Assembly (NCBI RefSeq): GCF_036380075.1
Contig: NZ_DASVFL010000067.1
Coordinates: forward strand, 27,676-91,675
From: Lentzea sp.
GTDB taxonomy: Bacteria; Actinomycetota; Actinomycetes; Mycobacteriales; Pseudonocardiaceae
DNA: 64,000 bases
Reading direction: 5' to 3'
Part shown: positions 50,191 through 59,849 of the stretch, piece by piece
Position numbering within the stretch: the stretch's first letter is position 1
How the letters are laid out: each line of letters begins with the position of its first letter
Translations under genes and position numbers: made by a program
Notes under the pieces: model-generated
The model's input: the letters and a program-made list of their open reading frames with translations, nothing else
Databases searched by the model: none
Told to the model about the DNA's origin: nothing

Positions 50191-51437
50191 CGGGGCTTGA
50201 GCACGTCCAGACCGAGGAACGGCCGCAGCGCCTCGGGCACGGTGACCGAGCCGTCGGCGTTCTGGTGGTTCTCCAGGATCGAGACGATCCACCGCGTGGT
50301 GGCCAGCGTGCCGTTGAGCGTGGCCGCGATCTGCGTCTTGCCGTTGTCGTCGCGGTAGCGCACGTTCAGGCGGCGGGCCTGGAACGTGGTGCAGTTCGAC
50401 GTCGAGGTCAGCTCGAGGAACCGCTGCTGCGACGGCACCCACGCCTCGCAGTCGAACTTGCGGTACGCCGACATGCCGAGGTCGCCCGTGGCCGTGTCGA
50501 TGACCCGGTAGGGCACCTCGATCTTGGCGAGCATCTCCTCTTCCCAGCCGAGCAGCTTGGCGTGCTCCGCCTCGGCGTCCTCCGGCTTGACGTAGCAGAA
50601 CATCTCGACCTTGTTGAACTGGTGCACGCGGATGATGCCGCGGGTGTCCTTGCCGTACGACCCGGCCTCGCGGCGGTAGCACGACGACCAGCCCGCGTAC
50701 CGCTTCTCGCCGTCGAGGATCTCGTCGGCGTGGTAGCCGGCGAGCGGCACCTCCGACGTGCCGACGAGGTACAGGTCGTCGGCGGGCAGGTGGTAGATCT
50801 CGCTCGAGTGCGCGCCGAGGAACCCGGTGCCCGCCATGATCTCCGGCCGCACCAGCGTGGGCGTGATCATGAGCTCGAAGCCGTTGGCCGTGGCCTGCGC
50901 CGCCGCCATGTTGAGCAGCGCCAGCTCGAGCTGCGCGCCGACGCCCTTGAGGAAGTAGAACCGGGAGCCGCCGACCTTGGCGCCGCGCTCCATGTCGATC
51001 GCGCCGAGCCGGGTGCCCAGGTCGAGGTGGTCGAGCGGCTCGAAGTCGAACTCGCGCGGCTCGCCGACGTGCTTGACGACGCGGAAGTCGTCCTCGCCGC
51101 CGACGGGCGCGTCCGGGTGCACCAGGTTCGGGATCTTCCCCAGCAGCCCGTCGACCTCGGCCGCGGTGGCGTTCTGCTCGGCCTCGGCGGCCTTGACCTC
51201 GGCGGCCAGCTCCTTCGCCTTGACGAGCAGGGCGGTCTTCTCGTCGCCCTTGGCCTTGCCGACCTCCTTGCCGAGCACCTTCTGCTCGGCGCGCAGGGTG
51301 TCCGCGCGGGAGATGGCGCTGCGCCTGCGCTCGTCAGCGGACAGCAGGGAGTCGACGACGCCCTCGTCCTCGCCACGGGCACGCTGCGAAGCGCGCACGA
51401 TCTCCGGGTTCTCGCGCAACACCTTGAGGTCGATCAC
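50187..51437 (-). CDS. serS: Serine--tRNA ligase
   Basis: [65 protein letters not shown]. Confidence 0.98.
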   Translation of the reverse strand: MIDLKVLRENPEIVRASQRARGEDEGVVDSLLSADERRRSAISRADTLRAEQKVLGKEVGKAKGDEKTALLVKAKELAAEVKAAEAEQNATAAEVDGLLGKIPNLVHPDAPVGGEDDFRVVKHVGEPREFDFEPLDHLDLGTRLGAIDMERGAKVGGSRFYFLKGVGAQLELALLNMAAAQATANGFELMITPTLVRPEIMAGTGFLGAHSSEIYHLPADDLYLVGTSEVPLAGYHADEILDGEKRYAGWSSCYRREAGSYGKDTRGIIRVHQFNKVEMFCYVKPEDAEAEHAKLLGWEEEMLAKIEVPYRVIDTATGDLGMSAYRKFDCEAWVPSQQRFLELTSTSNCTTFQARRLNVRYRDDNGKTQIAATLNGTLATTRWIVSILENHQNADGSVTVPEALRPFLGLDVLKPR

Positions 51438-51531
51438 CCTGAAAAGGGTAGTCCCCGCCCGTTCCACGTCTCATCCGGATGTCCGGAACGCGGTACGGGC
51501 GGGGACCGGGGCTCCCACGCGGGAGCTGCGA

Positions 51532-51981
51532 CTAGTAGATCGCGAACGCGACCACGAGACCGAGGGCGACGTGCGCCGCGGCGACGACGACGGACGCCGG
51601 CGCGAACCGGTCGGACTCGATGATCGAGCCGATGTCCAGCCTGGTCACCCACTCCAGCAGCCGCACGGCCGCGACCTGCACGATGATGCCGACGATGCCG
51701 TAGATCAGCGACGTGAGCAGGCCCTCGTCGAGCTTGCCGACCGCGCTGAGGATGGCCACGACCACGATGAACGCCATCGAGACGAGGCCGGAGGACGTCA
51801 CGATCACGGCGTTCGGGGCGCCGTTGCGGACGAGGATCGACAGCTTGCCCGGCGTCGTCCAGTCGATCGCGTAGAAGCCGAACACCATCAGGACCAGACC
51901 GACGACGGCGTACAGCGCGATGGCGCCGATGCCCCGGCCGATCGCCGAGCCGAAGCCGGGGTCCAACGCGAGCTCGTACAT
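51532..51981 (-). CDS. DUF350 membrane protein (YjfL-like)
   Basis: Four hydrophobic helices; DWTTPGKL; last gene of the gspS-like operon. Confidence 0.85.
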   Translation of the reverse strand: MYELALDPGFGSAIGRGIGAIALYAVVGLVLMVFGFYAIDWTTPGKLSILVRNGAPNAVIVTSSGLVSMAFIVVVAILSAVGKLDEGLLTSLIYGIVGIIVQVAAVRLLEWVTRLDIGSIIESDRFAPASVVVAAAHVALGLVVAFAIY

Positions 51982-52002
51982 GTGCTGTTCCCTTTCGGAG
52001 TC

Positions 52003-53166
52003 TTACTCAACAATTCGATGCGGCACGAACGCCGCGCCATCGTCGGTCACGAGACCGACCGTTTCCCGGATGCCGAGGCCCGCCGACGTGTCGCCGACGA
52101 CCCAGGCACCCAACGCGGGGCGGTAGCCGTCGAAGTCCGGAAGCGGATCGAACAGCTGGTAGACGAAACCCTCTTTGCCGTAGACGCCGCCGGTCTGCGT
52201 TTCGTAGCCGGGGGCGACGATCTGGATGTTCGACCCCTCACGGCCGAGCAGCGGCTTGCGCACGTACTCGGTGAGCATGCCGGGGTCGTTGAGGTAGGCC
52301 GGGAGCAGGTTGGGGTGGCCCGGGTACATCTCCCACAGGACCGCGAGCAGCGCCTTGTTGGAGAGCAGCATCTTCCACAGCGGCTCGAGCCACAGGGTGC
52401 CGGGCAGCGACTCGACGGCGTGGCGGCCGAACTGCTCCTCCACCACCCACTCCCACGGGTAGAGCTTGAAGACCGTGCCCATCGGGGCCTCTTCGAGGTC
52501 GACGAACCGGTTGAGCAGCGTGTCCCAGCCGATGTCCTCCATCGCGATGCCCACGGTGTTCAGCCCGGCCTCGGCGGCCGTCTCCTGCAGGCAGGCGGTG
52601 GTGAGGTGGTCCTCGCCGGACGGGTCGGCGCTCGACCAGCTGAAGTGCAGCTCACCGGACGGGAGCTTGGCGCCGAGCTCGGTCCAGCGCTCGACCAGGC
52701 GCTCGTGCAGCGAGTTCCACTGGTCGTCGTCCGGGAAGACCTCGGTCTTCCAGTACCACTGGATGTAGGCGGCCTCCAGCAGCGACGTGGGGGTGTCCGC
52801 GTTGTACTCGAGCAGCTTCGCCGGGCCGGAGCCGTCGTAGCGCAGGTCGAAGCGGCCGTAGACGTGCGGGTCGCGGCGCCGCCACGACTCGGCGATGTGC
52901 GGCCAGACCCACTCGGGGATGCCGAAGTCCCGGTAGCGCTCCGTGAGGACCACGTTGTCCACCGCGTCGAGGCACATGGAGTGGAGCAGCTCGACGTCGG
53001 CTTCGAGCGACAGGATCTCGCTCATCTCGAACACGTAGTGCACCGACTCGTCCCAGTAGGGGCGGTCGGTGCCGTTGGAGTACTTCGCGGGCAGGCCGAA
53101 CACCAGGCCCTGGTCGGAGACCGTCCGCTGCCAGTTCGGCCGCGGGTGTGAGCTTTCACGACGCAA
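52003..53166 (-). CDS. Glutathionylspermidine synthase-like ATP-grasp protein (YgiC/YjfC type)
   Basis: YWDESVHY, YGRFDL, KLLEYNADTPTSL, FKLYPWEW, EPLWKMLLSNK, KPLLGREGSN. Confidence 0.93.
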   Translation of the reverse strand: MRRESSHPRPNWQRTVSDQGLVFGLPAKYSNGTDRPYWDESVHYVFEMSEILSLEADVELLHSMCLDAVDNVVLTERYRDFGIPEWVWPHIAESWRRRDPHVYGRFDLRYDGSGPAKLLEYNADTPTSLLEAAYIQWYWKTEVFPDDDQWNSLHERLVERWTELGAKLPSGELHFSWSSADPSGEDHLTTACLQETAAEAGLNTVGIAMEDIGWDTLLNRFVDLEEAPMGTVFKLYPWEWVVEEQFGRHAVESLPGTLWLEPLWKMLLSNKALLAVLWEMYPGHPNLLPAYLNDPGMLTEYVRKPLLGREGSNIQIVAPGYETQTGGVYGKEGFVYQLFDPLPDFDGYRPALGAWVVGDTSAGLGIRETVGLVTDDGAAFVPHRIVE

Positions 53167-53172
53167 CTGCGC

Positions 53173-53826
53173 TCAGCCTCCGCTGCTCTTCGAGCCGCTG
53201 CTGACGCCGAAGCCGCCGCGCTGCACCGTCGTGCCCGACTTCGTGCTGACGTTCGCACCCTTGGGGATCGTGTAACTGCCGCCGACGGCCTTCTGACCGA
53301 CCGAGCCGGACCCTCCGTAGTTGTAGCGGTACGAAGAGCCACCGATGTAGATGAAGCCACCGCTCGAGTACCCGCCGTGACTGCGGTAGTAGCTGTCGGA
53401 GCAGTAGTCGTCGTCGACGATGACGTTGTTCTGGTCCGTGCACTGCGCGGTGACGTTCTTCGGGCTCGCCGCCGCGTACCAGATCGCGACCAGCGCGATC
53501 ACGCCCACGGTGACACCACCACCGATGAGCAGGCGCTTTCGCGTCTTGCGCTTCTTCTCGAACGCGGCGGACTCCGCGGCGAACCGCTCCTGCTGCGCCT
53601 TCTGCGCGGCGGCACGCGCCCGCTGCTCGGCGACGCTCGGCTGACGAGGCTGGGTCACCCCGGCCTGCTGCTGCCGAATCTTGCCCTTGGTGGGCTTCTG
53701 CGGCACCGGCTGGTTCGATCCTGCCTGGTCAGGCGCAGGCTGGTACGGCGGAGGTTGCTGCGGTTGTCCGGGCGGTCCCGACTGCGGCGTCGGCTGGCCA
53801 GGCTCTGGCAAGTTGTTGTCAGTCAT
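53173..53826 (-). CDS. Membrane protein with YgiB/YjfM(DUF1190)-like Gly/Ser-rich C-terminus
   Basis: Pro/Gln-rich N-terminus, one TM helix, C..(x10)..C, ends VQRGGFGVSSGSKSSGG. Confidence 0.75.
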   Translation of the reverse strand: MTDNNLPEPGQPTPQSGPPGQPQQPPPYQPAPDQAGSNQPVPQKPTKGKIRQQQAGVTQPRQPSVAEQRARAAAQKAQQERFAAESAAFEKKRKTRKRLLIGGGVTVGVIALVAIWYAAASPKNVTAQCTDQNNVIVDDDYCSDSYYRSHGGYSSGGFIYIGGSSYRYNYGGSGSVGQKAVGGSYTIPKGANVSTKSGTTVQRGGFGVSSGSKSSGG

Positions 53827-53949
53827 CACCACTCCCGCGGGCAAGGTACCTAGCGAGACGGCGAAAACACGGCCGATTCAGTGACGAGTGTCCTAAAAGC
53901 AACACTCGACCCAACCCGGCGCACAGCCGCCTCACACGGCACGGGCATC

Positions 53950-55041
53950 ATGGATGAGATGTCTCCGAGCGCCGGTTGGTTGAGTCGATCGCGTCACACC
54001 CGTGACACACGGGTCGTGATGATCGGTGCTTTCGTGGGCGCGTTCGGCCTGTTGATGTTGTCCGCGTTCACCACCGTGCTGTCCGCCGGACCGATCGGGA
54101 CGAAGCGCGAACTGGTCAACGCCGCGTACCAGGCAGCCGTCGGCGAGTGCCTGAACTGGGAGAAGACCGATCTGTCGGACGCGCAGAAGGTCGACTGCGC
54201 CGCCGCGCACAAGTTCGAGGTGACCGGTACGGCGGACATCACGGCCGCCTACCCGAAGGAAGCGCCGTTCCCGAACGCCGAGGCGTGGGAGAAGATCGCG
54301 CAGGAGAACTGCTCCCAGGCCGCGACCACGTACCTGGCCGGCAAGCTCGACCCGAAGGGCAAGTACGGGATCAGCACGCTGAACCCGGACGAGCGCCGGT
54401 GGTCGGACGGTTACCGCCAGTTGCGGTGCGGCCTCCAGGTCGCCGCGCCGTCCGGCGCCGCCCTGCCGTCGTTCGGCAGCGCGAAGACGCAGGACCAGTC
54501 GAACGTGTACGACCCCGGCGTGTGCCTCGCGCTCGGCGAGAACAACACGGTCGGCGACCCGATCGAGTGCGCGAAGCCGCACACGTTCGAGATCGTCGGC
54601 GTCGTGCAGCACCCCGAGGGCCCGTTCCTGCCGGTCGAGCAGCAGGAGAGTGTGATGTCGGAGAAGTGCGCGGCCATCGCCACCGAGTACACCGGCGGCG
54701 CCGACCTCAAGGGCAGGGGCCTGCTGGTCACGTTCGACACGCGGGCCGAGGAGAGCTGGGCCGTCGGCTCCCGCAAGGCCAACTGCAAGGTGGGCGCCGT
54801 CCCCCAGGGCAACAACCTGGTGGCGTGGGAGGGCAGTGTCCGCAACCCCAACGGCGCCCCGCTGACCACGTCGAACCCGCCGCAGACCACCTCGGTCAGG
54901 CCGCAGGACGAGCCGACCGGCGCCCCGCTGCACTCCGAGTCGGGCAAGCCGCCGTCCTCGGAGTCCGGCAAGCCCTCCGACTCGAACAAGCCCGACAAGC
55001 CGTCCTCCAGCGCCCCCACGACGACCACCGAGAACCGATGA
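53950..55041 (+). CDS. Septum formation family protein (Rv3835-like)
   Basis: TM helix then two Cys-containing repeats (GECL..VDCAAAHKFEV; GVCL..IECAKPHTFEI); start codon uncertain. Confidence 0.85.
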   Translation: MDEMSPSAGWLSRSRHTRDTRVVMIGAFVGAFGLLMLSAFTTVLSAGPIGTKRELVNAAYQAAVGECLNWEKTDLSDAQKVDCAAAHKFEVTGTADITAAYPKEAPFPNAEAWEKIAQENCSQAATTYLAGKLDPKGKYGISTLNPDERRWSDGYRQLRCGLQVAAPSGAALPSFGSAKTQDQSNVYDPGVCLALGENNTVGDPIECAKPHTFEIVGVVQHPEGPFLPVEQQESVMSEKCAAIATEYTGGADLKGRGLLVTFDTRAEESWAVGSRKANCKVGAVPQGNNLVAWEGSVRNPNGAPLTTSNPPQTTSVRPQDEPTGAPLHSESGKPPSSESGKPSDSNKPDKPSSSAPTTTTENR

Positions 55042-55388
55042 CCGTCGAGATGACCAGGGCCCGCTTCGAGGAGCTGGTCGAGGAGGCGCTCGACCTGGTC
55101 CCGCCGGAGTTCACGCACGCGATGAACAACGTCGTGGTGCTGGTCGAGGACCGCAACCCGGACGAGCCGTCCCTGCTGGGCCTCTACCAGGGCATCGCGC
55201 TGACCGAGCGCTCCACGGACTACGGCGGCGCGCTGCCGGACCACATCTTCATCTACCGCGAGGCGATCCTCGACGTCTGCGACACCGAGGACGACGTCGT
55301 GGAGGAGGTCACCATCACCGTGGTGCACGAGATCGCGCACCACTTCGGGGTGGACGACGCGCGGCTGCACGAGCTGGGCTGGGGCTAG
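55038..55388 (+). CDS. Zincin-like metallopeptidase (Rv3836 type)
   Basis: FEELVEEALD, LLGLYQG, LPDHIFIYR, VVHEIAHHFG. Confidence 0.93.
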   Translation: MTVEMTRARFEELVEEALDLVPPEFTHAMNNVVVLVEDRNPDEPSLLGLYQGIALTERSTDYGGALPDHIFIYREAILDVCDTEDDVVEEVTITVVHEIAHHFGVDDARLHELGWG

Positions 55389-55398
55389 CGGGGCCGGG

Positions 55399-55995
55399 TC
55401 AGATCTCCACGCCCGCCCACGACCGGCACACCCAGCCGTCGCCGTCGGAGTCCAGGACCACGACGCCGGTGTTCGGCAGCAGGTTCTCCGCCAGCTCGAC
55501 CGGGATGTTGGAGGCCAGGGCCAGCGCGCCCATCCGTCCGGCGCCGCCGTGGGTCACGACCACGACCGTGCCCTCGTCCCGGCGGATCGACCCGATGGCG
55601 CCGAGGAACCGGTCCAGGACCTGCTGCCCGGTCTCGCCGTCGCCGGGGAACGCCACGTCGAGCGCGCCCTCCGCCCACTTGATCACGGTCTCGAGGTAGG
55701 TCCGGTACGCCTCGGTGTCGTTGCGGCCCTCCAGCGAGCCGACCTGGATCTCGTGGACGCCCTCCAGGATCTGGACGGGCAGGCCGAAGCGCTCGGCGGT
55801 CGGGGCCGCGGTCTGCTGGGCGCGCAGGCCGGTGCTCGCGTAGACGGCGGTGACCTCCTCGGACGCGAGGAGGTCGGCCAGCTCACGTGCCTGCTTGCGC
55901 CCCAGCTCCGTCAGCGGGGGCCCCGGCATCAGCGTGTCCAGCTTGCGTTCGATGTTCGACGCCGTCTCACCGTGCCTGACCAGCAGCAACCTCAC
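55399..55995 (-). CDS. Histidine phosphatase (phosphoglycerate mutase family)
   Basis: LVRHGET, LTELGRKQA, VTHGG. Confidence 0.93.
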   Translation of the reverse strand: MRLLLVRHGETASNIERKLDTLMPGPPLTELGRKQARELADLLASEEVTAVYASTGLRAQQTAAPTAERFGLPVQILEGVHEIQVGSLEGRNDTEAYRTYLETVIKWAEGALDVAFPGDGETGQQVLDRFLGAIGSIRRDEGTVVVVTHGGAGRMGALALASNIPVELAENLLPNTGVVVLDSDGDGWVCRSWAGVEI

Positions 55996-56882
55996 CCGCG
56001 CTCGCCCTTTCTGACAGCATCGACCCAGGAGGCGGCTGCGGCGAACTCGTCGTTGCGAGCCTCGGAGGGCTCGTGGTCGGCCTTCGGGAAGGACCCGAGG
56101 AACCGGATCTCGTGCGAGTGTCGGTGCAGCGCGGCCAGCGCGTCACCGATCCTCGGCTCTGCGATGTGCCCCTCGACGTCGATGTAGAAGCGGTACGTGC
56201 CCAGTTTGCCCTTCGTGGGACGCGATTCGAGGCCGGTGAGATTGATGCCACGCAGCGCGAGCTCCGTGAGCAGCTCGGACAGCACGCCCACCCGGTCCGG
56301 CGTGGTCACGACGACGCTCGTGCGGTCGGCGCCGGTCGGCTCCGGCAGCGTCCCCGGCCGGCGCAGCAGCAGGAACCGGGTCCGCGCGTCCGGCACGTCG
56401 AGGACGTCGGTGGCGTACTCGTCCAGCTCGTAGTGCTGCACGGCGACGGGCGCGGTCACGGCGGCGTCGAACTCGCCCCGCTCCACGGCGGCGGCGGCCG
56501 CGGCGGTCGACGACGTGGCGATCGAGGTGACCCCCGGCAGCGAGGCGGCGATCCACTCGCGGACCTGCGCCAACGCGTGCGGGTGCGAGGCGATGGTCCT
56601 GATCTCCGCCGTGCCGGGGCGGACCAGGACGCTGAACCGCACGTCCAGCACGGTCTCGGCCACCGCGACGACCGGCTCGTCGCGCACCAGGGCGTCGAGC
56701 GTGGCCGGCACGGCCCCCTCGACGGAGTTCTCGATGGGCACGCACGCGAACTCGGTGTCACCGGCGCGCAGCGCGGCGATGGCGAGCGGGATGGTCTCGA
56801 CGGGCACGAGCTCACCGTCGAACCGCATCGCGGCCTGCTCGGTGAAGGTCCCCTGTGGTCCGAAGTACGCAATGCGAGGCAC
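55992..56882 (-). CDS. pheA: Prephenate dehydratase
   Basis: IAYFGPQGTFTEQA, VPIENSVEG, SHPHALAQ, ARTRF, INLTGLESRP, LGSFP. Confidence 0.97.
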   Translation of the reverse strand: MPRIAYFGPQGTFTEQAAMRFDGELVPVETIPLAIAALRAGDTEFACVPIENSVEGAVPATLDALVRDEPVVAVAETVLDVRFSVLVRPGTAEIRTIASHPHALAQVREWIAASLPGVTSIATSSTAAAAAAVERGEFDAAVTAPVAVQHYELDEYATDVLDVPDARTRFLLLRRPGTLPEPTGADRTSVVVTTPDRVGVLSELLTELALRGINLTGLESRPTKGKLGTYRFYIDVEGHIAEPRIGDALAALHRHSHEIRFLGSFPKADHEPSEARNDEFAAAASWVDAVRKGERG

Positions 56883-56970
56883 GCCGTGAAGAGTAGAGGC
56901 GCGAATCACGCCTGTGTCAGGGGCCGAACCTGGGTTCCGCCGGGACCGTTCGAACTGGAATGCTTGGGGC

Positions 56971-57537
56971 GTGCCCGCTCTAGCGCCTGAACTCGTGTTG
57001 TGCGCGGTCGACGAACCGATGGCGAACGCCTGGCTCGCCGTCGCTGACGGACGCACAGGGGTGCGGGTGCACCGCGGGTCGGTGCTGGACATCCCCGCGC
57101 AGGCGATAGTCAGCCCCGCGAACTCGCAGGGCTGGATGCGCGGCGGCATCGACGCCGTCTACGCCACGGCGTTCCCCGAGGTCGAGAACAACGTCCGCAG
57201 CGCGGTCCTCACGCTGCACGGCGGTGAGCTCCCCGTCGGCGAGGCGCAGATCGTGGCGACGGGCGAGACCGAGCCCGCGTGGCTGATCAGCGCGCCGACC
57301 ATGCGCCTGCCGGGCGAACGGCTGCCGGTAGACACCGTCCACCCCTACCTGGCCGCCCGTGCCGTCCTGCGGCTGTGGCTCGACGGACGTCTGGAGGACG
57401 GCACGCCGGTGCGCGACGCCGTCCGCACCATCGCGATGCCGGGGCTCGGCACCGGGGTGGGAGGCGTCGCGCCGTCCACGTGCGCCCACCAGGTCGCCGC
57501 CGCGTGGGACGAGTCGTTCAACCCGCTCCACGTGTAG
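56971..57537 (+). CDS. Macro domain protein (ADP-ribose binding/hydrolase)
   Basis: AIVSPANSQGWMRGGID, SAPTM, IAMPGLGTGVG. Confidence 0.92.
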   Translation: MPALAPELVLCAVDEPMANAWLAVADGRTGVRVHRGSVLDIPAQAIVSPANSQGWMRGGIDAVYATAFPEVENNVRSAVLTLHGGELPVGEAQIVATGETEPAWLISAPTMRLPGERLPVDTVHPYLAARAVLRLWLDGRLEDGTPVRDAVRTIAMPGLGTGVGGVAPSTCAHQVAAAWDESFNPLHV

Positions 57538-57585
57538 TCCACATGTGCACAACCCTGTGGACAACGTGTGGACAGCTGTGGACTA
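57535..57585. promoter_or_regulatory. Cluster of five DnaA-box-like 9-mers
   Basis: TAGTCCACA 57535-43, TGTGCACAA 57544-52, TGTGGACAA 57556-64 (perfect TTGTCCACA on minus strand), TGTGGACAG 57567-75, TGTGGACTA 57577-85. Confidence 0.75.
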
Positions 57586-58077
57586 CTGCCGTGGCGCGAC
57601 CCATCGTTCGAGGTCCAGCTCGTCCGTGATGGGGATGCCGAAGTCCCCCACCGCCGGTATCTCCGGCTTGAGCTTGCGCGCCTCGCGCACGGCGTCGGGT
57701 CTGAGCACGGCCAGCTTGAACCCGCGGCGCTGGAAGAAGCGGACGGCGTCCAGGTTGTCGTTCGTGGTCGTCAGGCGCACTCGGGAGCAGCCGAGTGCGC
57801 GTGCCTGCCGAACCGCGGCGTCGACCAGCGCGGTGCCGACGCCGCGGCCCCGACGCAACGCGTCGATCGTGACGATTTCCAGTTGGTGGTTGGCCACCGC
57901 GTGGGTCAGCAGACCCAGCACGTGACCCTGCTTTTCCACGAGGAAGCCGGGCAGACTCGCGGGGAAGAACACCTCGCCGTGCGCGACGGCTGTGTGTGCG
58001 CCCCATAGCTCGAGGACCAAACGAGCGACGACTATGCGATCTGCTTCCTCGATCGGCCTTACCGAGCCTTCTGCCAT
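57583..58077 (-). CDS. GNAT family N-acetyltransferase
   Basis: LEIVTIDA, RGRGVGTALV, LTTTNDNLDAVRFFQRRGF. Confidence 0.93.
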   Translation of the reverse strand: MAEGSVRPIEEADRIVVARLVLELWGAHTAVAHGEVFFPASLPGFLVEKQGHVLGLLTHAVANHQLEIVTIDALRRGRGVGTALVDAAVRQARALGCSRVRLTTTNDNLDAVRFFQRRGFKLAVLRPDAVREARKLKPEIPAVGDFGIPITDELDLERWVAPRQ

Positions 58078-58138
58078 GACAAGAACTGTCTCAATCCGAG
58101 TCTCACTCAGGAACAGCCATTCGACGTACGGTGGATTC

Positions 58139-58756
58139 GTGCCAGTGCGCGTTTTGTTGGTTGACGATCACGAAGTGGTGCGCAGAGGACTGCGCGAGAT
58201 GCTCGACGACGAGGAGGACATCTCGGTCATCGCCGAAGCCGGTTCCGTGGACGAGGCGGTTGCTCGGGCCCAAAAGATTACGCCCGATGTGGCGGTTGTG
58301 GACGTTCAGCTGCCCGACGGCAGTGGTGTGGACCTGTGCAGGACCCTGCGCGACCTGGGCATCCGCTGCCTGGTGCTGACCGCCTTCGACGACGAGGAGG
58401 CGCTGGTCGGGGCCATCATGGCCGGTGCGTCGGGCTATCTGCTCAAGCAGGTCCGCGGCCAGGACGTCGTCACGGCGGTGCGCGAAGTCGCGGCTGGACG
58501 GTCCCTTCTGGACCCCGCCACCACAAGCCGGGTACTCGAACGGATGCGCAATCCAGCCCCGGTTGGCCTCACCGACCAGGAACAGCGCGTGTTGGAACTC
58601 ATCGGTGAGGGCCTGACGAACCGCCAAATCGGTGAACGCTTGTTCCTCGCGGAGAAGACCGTGAAGAACTACGTGACGTCCGTGCTCTCCAAACTCGGCA
58701 TGGAACGGCGAACGCAAGCCGCCGCATGGGTGGCTAAACGGGGACGGACCAGGTGA
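58139..58756 (+). CDS. NarL/DevR-type response regulator
   Basis: LLVDDHEVVRRGL, VVDVQLPDG, LTAFDD, GYLLK, LTNRQIGERLFLAEKTVKNYV. Confidence 0.95.
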   Translation: MPVRVLLVDDHEVVRRGLREMLDDEEDISVIAEAGSVDEAVARAQKITPDVAVVDVQLPDGSGVDLCRTLRDLGIRCLVLTAFDDEEALVGAIMAGASGYLLKQVRGQDVVTAVREVAAGRSLLDPATTSRVLERMRNPAPVGLTDQEQRVLELIGEGLTNRQIGERLFLAEKTVKNYVTSVLSKLGMERRTQAAAWVAKRGRTR

Positions 58757-59849
58757 GCGTCGTCCCGTTCGGTGAACTCACGACGCGGAAATCGCCACTC
58801 GCCGCCTTCGCCCGTTCCGCGAGGTGCCGCAATCCGCGTTGAGTGACGCCGGACGGGATGCCGCACCCGTTGTCGGCGACTCGCAGCAGCAGGTGCTTCT
58901 CGTCGCGCCGCACGTCGATCTGGACGTTCGTGGCCCCCGAGTGCCGCACGACGTTCGACAACGCCTCGCGCAACGCCGCCCGCGCGTCGTCGGCGTGCTT
59001 GCGCGGCACGTTCGCCAGGTCGCCGGACACGTGCAGGCGCGGCGGGAACCCGAGCAGCTCGCCGGCCGTGCGGACCTCGGCCTTGATCGAGTCGTGCAGG
59101 TCGGCCGAGTCGGCGGGGTCGGTGTTGCGCAGCTCGCGGACGGTCGCGCGGACCTCGGCGATCGTCTCGTCGACCAGGTCGACCGCCTCGTTGATGCGGG
59201 TCCGGTCGGTGTTGTCGAGCTTCTTGCCCAGCCGGCGTTCCAGCAGGCTAAGCTGCACGCCCGCGCCGTAGAGGCGCTGGATGATCACGTCGTGCAGGTC
59301 GCGGGCGATGCGTTCGCGCTCCTCGTAGACCGCGACGCGCTGCCGTGCCGTGAAGCCCTCCGACAGCACCACGGCGAGCCCTGCCTGCGCCGCGAACGCC
59401 GACAGCACGTCCACGGTCTCCTGCGTGAACGGCGGCTTGTCCCGGCGCCGGTAGACCGCCAGCGCACCGATCTTGCGGTCGGAGGTGCCGAACGGCGCCA
59501 CGGCGAACGGCCCGTAGCTCCGCAGCGCCTGCGGCACGTACGGGGCGGTGCGCGGGTCGTTCGTCACGTCGTCGGCCATCACCGGCACGCCGGTCCGCGC
59601 GGCCTTGGCGGCGGCGCTGCGGGAGCTCAGCGTGGCGACGACCGGCTCGCCGCTGGACGCCTCGACGGTCAGCGTGCCGTCGTCCTCGGCCGTCGCGAGC
59701 ATGGCCAGGCCGAGGTCGGCGTCCGCGATCTCCGCGGCCGCCTCCACGACGAGCCGCAGCACGTTCTCCGGGTCTTCCAGCGCCGCCGACGTGATCTCGG
59801 TCGACGCGACGAGCACGCGCCGCGCCAGGGAGGGGTCCATGGTCCTCAA
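58734..59849 (-). CDS. GAF + HisKA_3 sensor histidine kinase (DevS-like architecture)
   Basis: ERERIARDLHDVIIQRL, REALSNVVRHS, VADNGCG, GLRHLAERA; start TTG 59849 or ATG 59840. Confidence 0.92.
   Translation of the reverse strand: MRTMDPSLARRVLVASTEITSAALEDPENVLRLVVEAAAEIADADLGLAMLATAEDDGTLTVEASSGEPVVATLSSRSAAAKAARTGVPVMADDVTNDPRTAPYVPQALRSYGPFAVAPFGTSDRKIGALAVYRRRDKPPFTQETVDVLSAFAAQAGLAVVLSEGFTARQRVAVYEERERIARDLHDVIIQRLYGAGVQLSLLERRLGKKLDNTDRTRINEAVDLVDETIAEVRATVRELRNTDPADSADLHDSIKAEVRTAGELLGFPPRLHVSGDLANVPRKHADDARAALREALSNVVRHSGATNVQIDVRRDEKHLLLRVADNGCGIPSGVTQRGLRHLAERAKAASGDFRVVSSPNGTTLTWSVPV

Noticed and set aside
57535-57585. DnaA box cluster as the chromosomal origin
   Set aside because: No dnaA/dnaN, no AT-rich unwinding element, and only 51 bp long
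55960-58760. Apparently more A/T-ending codons around pheA, macro, GNAT and the response regulator, suggesting horizontal transfer
   Set aside because: Visual impression only and not quantified; pheA is a core syntenic gene and no mobility genes are present. A sliding GC3 calculation is needed.
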